From positions 30,941 through 94,940 of the forward strand of contig JAFUGE010000008.1 in the NCBI GenBank assembly GCA_017469545.1: a stretch of DNA of 64,000 nt. Reading direction: 5' to 3'. The DNA is from Clostridia bacterium. Lineage in GTDB: Bacteria; Bacillota; Clostridia; TANB77; UBA1234. The position numbers and the translations under genes are program-made. Every line of letters starts with the position of its first letter. The first letter of the stretch is position 1. Below are positions 59,662 through 64,000 of this stretch, piece by piece. Below the pieces are notes generated by a model that saw nothing but the letters and a program-made list of their open reading frames with translations, was not told the DNA's origin and did not search any database.

Positions 59662-60414
59662 ATGTTAAATCAGTTTTCAAGAACAGAATTATTAATAGGC
59701 AAAGAAGCCTTAGATAAATTAAGTAATGCAAAAGTAGCTGTTATAGGAATTGGAGGAGTCGGCTCTTATGTGGTTGAAGGGTTGGTAAGAGCGGGAGTTG
59801 GCAATTTCGTTTTAGTTGATGATGATAAAGTTTGTTTGACTAATTTAAATAGACAGCTTATTGCTACAAGAAAAACAGTTGGAAAATATAAAGTTGAAAT
59901 AGCGAAGGAAAGAATTTTAGAAATCAATCCAAAAGCTAATGTAGAAATTTATCAAGAGTTTTTCTTGCCAGAGACACAAGGCATCATTGATGAAAGTGTT
60001 GATTACATAGTGGACTGTGTTGATACAGTTACTGCAAAAATTGATCTTGTGATGAGAGCAGATAAGCTAAACATACCAATTATTTCTTGCATGGGAACAG
60101 GCAATAAACTAGACCCAACAAGATTTGAAGTTACTGATGTTTTTAAGACTAGTGTTTGCCCGCTTGCTAAAGTGATGCGAAAAGAATTAAGAGCAAGAGG
60201 TATCAAACATTTAAAAGTGCTATATTCAAAAGAGGAGCCAATAAAGCCAGATGAAACACTGGAATGTAGTTGCAAAACAGGCTGTATATGCCCACCAGGT
60301 ACGGTAAGAAAATGTACACAGAGAAATCAAGTGCCAGGAAGTATTTCGTTCGTACCTTCTGTTGCTGGATTAATTATTGCTGGCGAAGTTATAAAAGATA
60401 TCATAAAAATGTAG
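59662..60414 (+). CDS. tcdA: tRNA threonylcarbamoyladenosine dehydratase (TcdA/CsdL), copy 2
   Basis: ~95% aa identical to copy 1 but many synonymous nucleotide differences; stop TAG inside following REP. Confidence 0.75.
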   Translation: MLNQFSRTELLIGKEALDKLSNAKVAVIGIGGVGSYVVEGLVRAGVGNFVLVDDDKVCLTNLNRQLIATRKTVGKYKVEIAKERILEINPKANVEIYQEFFLPETQGIIDESVDYIVDCVDTVTAKIDLVMRADKLNIPIISCMGTGNKLDPTRFEVTDVFKTSVCPLAKVMRKELRARGIKHLKVLYSKEEPIKPDETLECSCKTGCICPPGTVRKCTQRNQVPGSISFVPSVAGLIIAGEVIKDIIKM

Positions 60415-60436
60415 GGGCAGCGTATCACGCTGCCCG
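60411..60436. repeat. REP-like element (exact consensus) overlapping tcdA-2 stop
   Basis: GTAGGGGCAGCGTATCACGCTGCCCG. Confidence 0.8.
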
Positions 60437-60459
60437 CAAAAAAAAGGAGCTTTGTATTA

Positions 60460-61553
60460 TGGAGAAGAAATTAGGTTTTGGGTGTATGCGCCTTCCAATG
60501 AAAGGCGAAGAAGTTGATTATGATGAATTTAATAAAATGATTGATTATTATATGGAACAGGGGTTTAATTATTTTGATACTGCTCATGGATATATTGGGG
60601 GTAAGAGCGAAACTGCAATTCGTGATTGTTTAGCGGCAAGGTATCCAAGAGAAAGCTATATCCTTACTGATAAATTGACGAAGCCATATTTTAATACAGA
60701 GGAAGATATTAGACCATTTTTTGAAAGTCAATTAAAACTAACAGGAGTAGAATATTTTGATTACTATTTAATGCATGCACAAGATAGAGATAATTATAAG
60801 CATTTTCAAAAATGTCACGCATATGAAGTTGCGCAAGAATTAAAGGCAGAAGGAAAAGTTAAACATGTTGGAATATCTTTTCATGATACTGCAGATATGT
60901 TAGAAAAAATATTAACTGACCATCCTGAAATAGAAATTGTACAAATACAGTTTAACTATATAGATTTTAAAGATGCTGGTGTACAAAGTGAGAAATGCTA
61001 TGAAGTTTGCAGAAAGTATAATAAACCTGTTCTAGTAATGGAACCAGTTAAAGGTGGAGGACTAGTTAATTTGCCAGATGAGGCTAAAGCCGTTTTTAAT
61101 GAGTTAAATAAAGACTTAAGTTATGCTAGCTATGCAATTCGTTTTGCAGCATCGTTTGATGGAATATATAAAGTACTTTCTGGGATGAGCAATTTTGAAC
61201 AACTAAAAGATAATGTCAGCTACATGAAAGAGTTTGAACCACTAAATGATGAAGAATATATTGCAATAAATAAAGTTGTAACAATACTTAAAGAAAATGG
61301 TGGTATTCCATGTACAGCTTGTAGATACTGCACAGATGGATGCCCAATGAGAATTTCAATTCCTGATTTGTTTGCTTGTTACAATGCAAAGAAACAATTT
61401 AAAGATTGGAATTCATCATACTATTATGATGTACATACAAAGACAAATGGTAAAGCATCTGATTGCATTAAGTGCGGTCAATGTGAAAGTGTATGTCCAC
61501 AACATTTAAAAATAACAGAACTATTAGAAAAAGTTGCAGAAACATTTGAATAG
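60460..61553 (+). CDS. aldo/keto reductase fused to C-terminal 4Fe-4S ferredoxin domain
   Basis: GFGCMRLP, YFDTAHGY AKR motifs; C-terminal CTACRYCTDGCP and CIKCGQCESVCP cysteine clusters; tracked start at 60270 reads through the REP and is spurious. Confidence 0.75.
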
Positions 61554-61601
61554 TAAATAAAAACAGTACTACGATTATGTGTAGTACTGTTTTTTTGAAA
61601 A

Positions 61602-61841
61602 CTAAATTGATTTAGAATTTTCATATAATTCATTAGGATCTATATCTTCACCATCTGGCCATTCAATTGTTGTATCAGCAGATTTTAGAAGCAAGAAATA
61701 TGCTATATTTTTTAATTTTTCATAATATGGATGAATTAACTGTTTTTGCATATTATATAATTTCTTTTCTCCATCGTAATATTCTATTTCAATATCATAA
61801 TTTTCAAATGCTTTAACACTTTTGATTCTAGGTGGAATCAT
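61602..61841 (-). CDS. DUF2442-like small protein, hypothetical
   Basis: 79-aa ORF, RBS AGGAGG upstream on minus strand. Confidence 0.35.
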   Translation of the reverse strand: MIPPRIKSVKAFENYDIEIEYYDGEKKLYNMQKQLIHPYYEKLKNIAYFLLLKSADTTIEWPDGEDIDPNELYENSKSI

Positions 61842-62016
61842 AAAATAACCTCCTTTATTTCAAAGGCTCGATTTGTGTTTACCAAATACTAATTTGGTAA
61901 GATGATAGTAACACGAAAAAAATAAAAATGCAATAAATTTTAAAAAAGTATATATATTAAAAAAACTGATTATTGAATATATAAATTGCACATAATATGC
62001 AAAAGGATGTGATTTT

Positions 62017-63532
62017 GTGAATTCATATTGGATTGACTCTGTTGATAAAATTGAAGGAAAAACAATTGACAAAGATTATGAAGCTGATGTTTGCATTATT
62101 GGTGCAGGGATAACTGGACTTAGTACGGGGTATTATTTAGCTAAAGAAGGATTAAAAGTTATTATAATTGATAAGAAAGGAATAGGAGAAAAAGCATCAG
62201 GCCATACAACTGCAAAAATTACTTTGCAGCATAATTTGATTTATGATTATTTGATTAATTCTTTTGATGAAGAATTTGCACGCAAATATTTTGAAGCAAA
62301 TGATAATGCAATTAAAAATATAAAAGAAATAATAGAAAGTGAAAAAATAGATTGTGATTTTGAATATCAGCCTAATTTTGTATACACAGAGAATCAAGAT
62401 AAAGTACTAAAAATTCAAAAAGAAGTAGATGCAATAAATAAACTGTCACGGTGAAAATAATTATGCAGAGTTTGCAACTAAATGTGAATTACCTTTTAAA
62501 ATTGCTGGTGCAATAAAGATTAATAACCAAGCACAATTTCATCCAGTTAAATATATGCATGGATTAGCAAACGCAATTGAAAAATATAATGGAATTATTT
62601 TTACAAACTCTATTGTTGATGATGTACAAAGAGATGGTGACGATTTTAAGGTCTTTAGCAATAATCATGAAATAAAAGCTAAGTATGTAGTGATTGCATC
62701 ACATTATCCATTTTTAAATTTCCCAGGCTTTTATTTTTCTAAAATGTATCAATCAACATCATATGCAATTGCTATTGAAACTAGTAAAACAATTCCAGAC
62801 GGAATGTATATTAATGATGAAGAGCCAACACTTTCTTTTCGAACTGCTAAATATGGAGACAAAAGAATTTTAATCATTGGTGGCGGAAATCATAAGACTG
62901 GATTTTCGCCAGATAGCGATGAGAATTATGGATATGATTTTTTGGAGAGACAAGCAAAAAAATATTATCCAGATTGTAATGTGCTATACAAGTGGAATAC
63001 GAGAGATTGCATAACTCTTGATAAAGTACCATATATTGGAGAGTTTTCACACTTTATGCCAAACATGTTTGTCGCAACAGGTTTTAATAAGTGGGGAATG
63101 ACTTCATCTAATGTTGCTGCAAATATTATTTCTGATAGTATTTTAGGAGTAGAAAATGAATATGCAGATGTTTTTAATTCTATGAGAATGGAACCAGTAA
63201 AAAATAGAGGAGAAATGAAAAATATGTTGGGACAAGTTTTTCAGTCATTTGTTACAAATAGAATTAAAATACCGGACGAAGATTTATCCGTAATAAAGAA
63301 CGATAATGGTGGAATTATCAAGTTAGATGGTACAACTATTGGGGTTTATAAAGATAAAGAAGGAAATGTATGCGCAGTTGATCCAACTTGTACGCATTTG
63401 GGATGCTTATTAACGTGGAATAATGTGGATAAGACATGGGATTGTCCTTGCCATGGCTCGCGATTTAATTATGATGGCAAAAACCTGTATGACCCAGCTT
63501 TTAAGGACTTAGATAAGTATGAAATATATTAA
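62017..63532 (+). pseudogene. FAD-dependent oxidoreductase with C-terminal Rieske [2Fe-2S] domain, +1 frameshift (extra C at 62449)
   Basis: N-terminal DVCIIGAGITGLSTGYYLA FAD motif; frame breaks at tca-C-ggt; downstream frame continues to CTHLGCLLTWN...CPCHGSRF Rieske motif. Confidence 0.6.
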
Positions 63533-63689
63533 AATCTTACCAAAAAGGCTTGTAATCCGTTACAAGCCTTTTTTAATGAAAAATTTTACAAATTACTACA
63601 CAAAGTCGAAAAAGTGTGATAAAATGAGCGTGATGTGGGACGCAAGCCATGCGACCCGGGAAATGTATATAATTTAGGAGGTAAATTTT

Positions 63690-64000
63690 ATGTCAGGACA
63701 TAGCAAATGGAATAATATTAAAAACAAGAAAGAAAAATCAGATGCACAGAGAGGAAAAATATTTACTAAGTTAGGTAGAGAAATCCTTATTGCTGTAAAA
63801 GAAGGTGGCCCTGACCCTGCATCTAACTCTAAGCTTAGAGATGTTGTTGCAAAATGTAAAGCAAATAATATGCCAAATGATAATATTGAGAGAAGTATTA
63901 AAAAGGCTGCTGGAGACGGAAATGCGGCTAATTATGAAGATATTACATATGAAGGATATGGTCCAAATGGTGTTGCTATCATTATTGAGGCTATGACGGA
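63690..64000 (+). CDS. YebC/PmpR-family transcriptional regulator (DUF28), 3'-truncated by window end
   Basis: [32 protein letters not shown] matches YebC N-terminus; GGAGG RBS. Confidence 0.8.
   Translation, partial: MSGHSKWNNIKNKKEKSDAQRGKIFTKLGREILIAVKEGGPDPASNSKLRDVVAKCKANNMPNDNIERSIKKAAGDGNAANYEDITYEGYGPNGVAIIIEAMT

Overview
This 64-kb window is low-GC Firmicutes chromosome from an endospore-former. The evidence is a complete spoIIIAA–AH operon plus sleB, bofA, yaaL, sepF and divIVA. Core genes are pth (frameshifted), an RNase E/G-family gene, rplU-rpmA-obg, rpmG-secE-nusG-rplKAJL, mutS-mutL-miaA, ruvA-rarA, polA, an FtsX-type ABC transporter with an OmpR-type two-component system, a znuACB-like metal-uptake operon, and two diverged tcdA (ThiF-family) paralogs. 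The first ~3.2 kb looks like the edge of a conjugative element (TrwB/TraD-like coupling ATPase). The region ~47.5–57.4 kb looks accessory (flavodoxins, LysR, cupin, AKRs, acetyltransferase, a TfoX remnant). There are three main findings. (1) A dense family of 26-bp GTAG-flanked palindromic hairpin elements (REP/BIME-like, about 21 copies). They show compensatory stem substitutions, form inverted doublets, act as terminators, and supply the TAG stop codons of both tcdA paralogs. (2) A ~575-nt structured non-coding region immediately upstream of a small 4-TM protein gene, next to the spoIIIA locus, consistent with an OLE RNA/oapA pair. (3) Six genes are interrupted by a single extra C immediately 5' of GG(A/T), five of them before a glycine codon (pth, znuC, znuB, DUF4405 and a Rieske/FAD oxidoreductase). 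This is either a systematic sequence artefact or pseudogenisation. Also notable are a repeat-rich insert inside the spoIIIA operon, two ~127-bp intergenic elements with GAGAAACG/CGTTTCTC termini, and a large pilin-like gene preceded by a (CA)10 microsatellite and a 42-bp-arm hairpin. No rRNA, tRNA or CRISPR array was seen.
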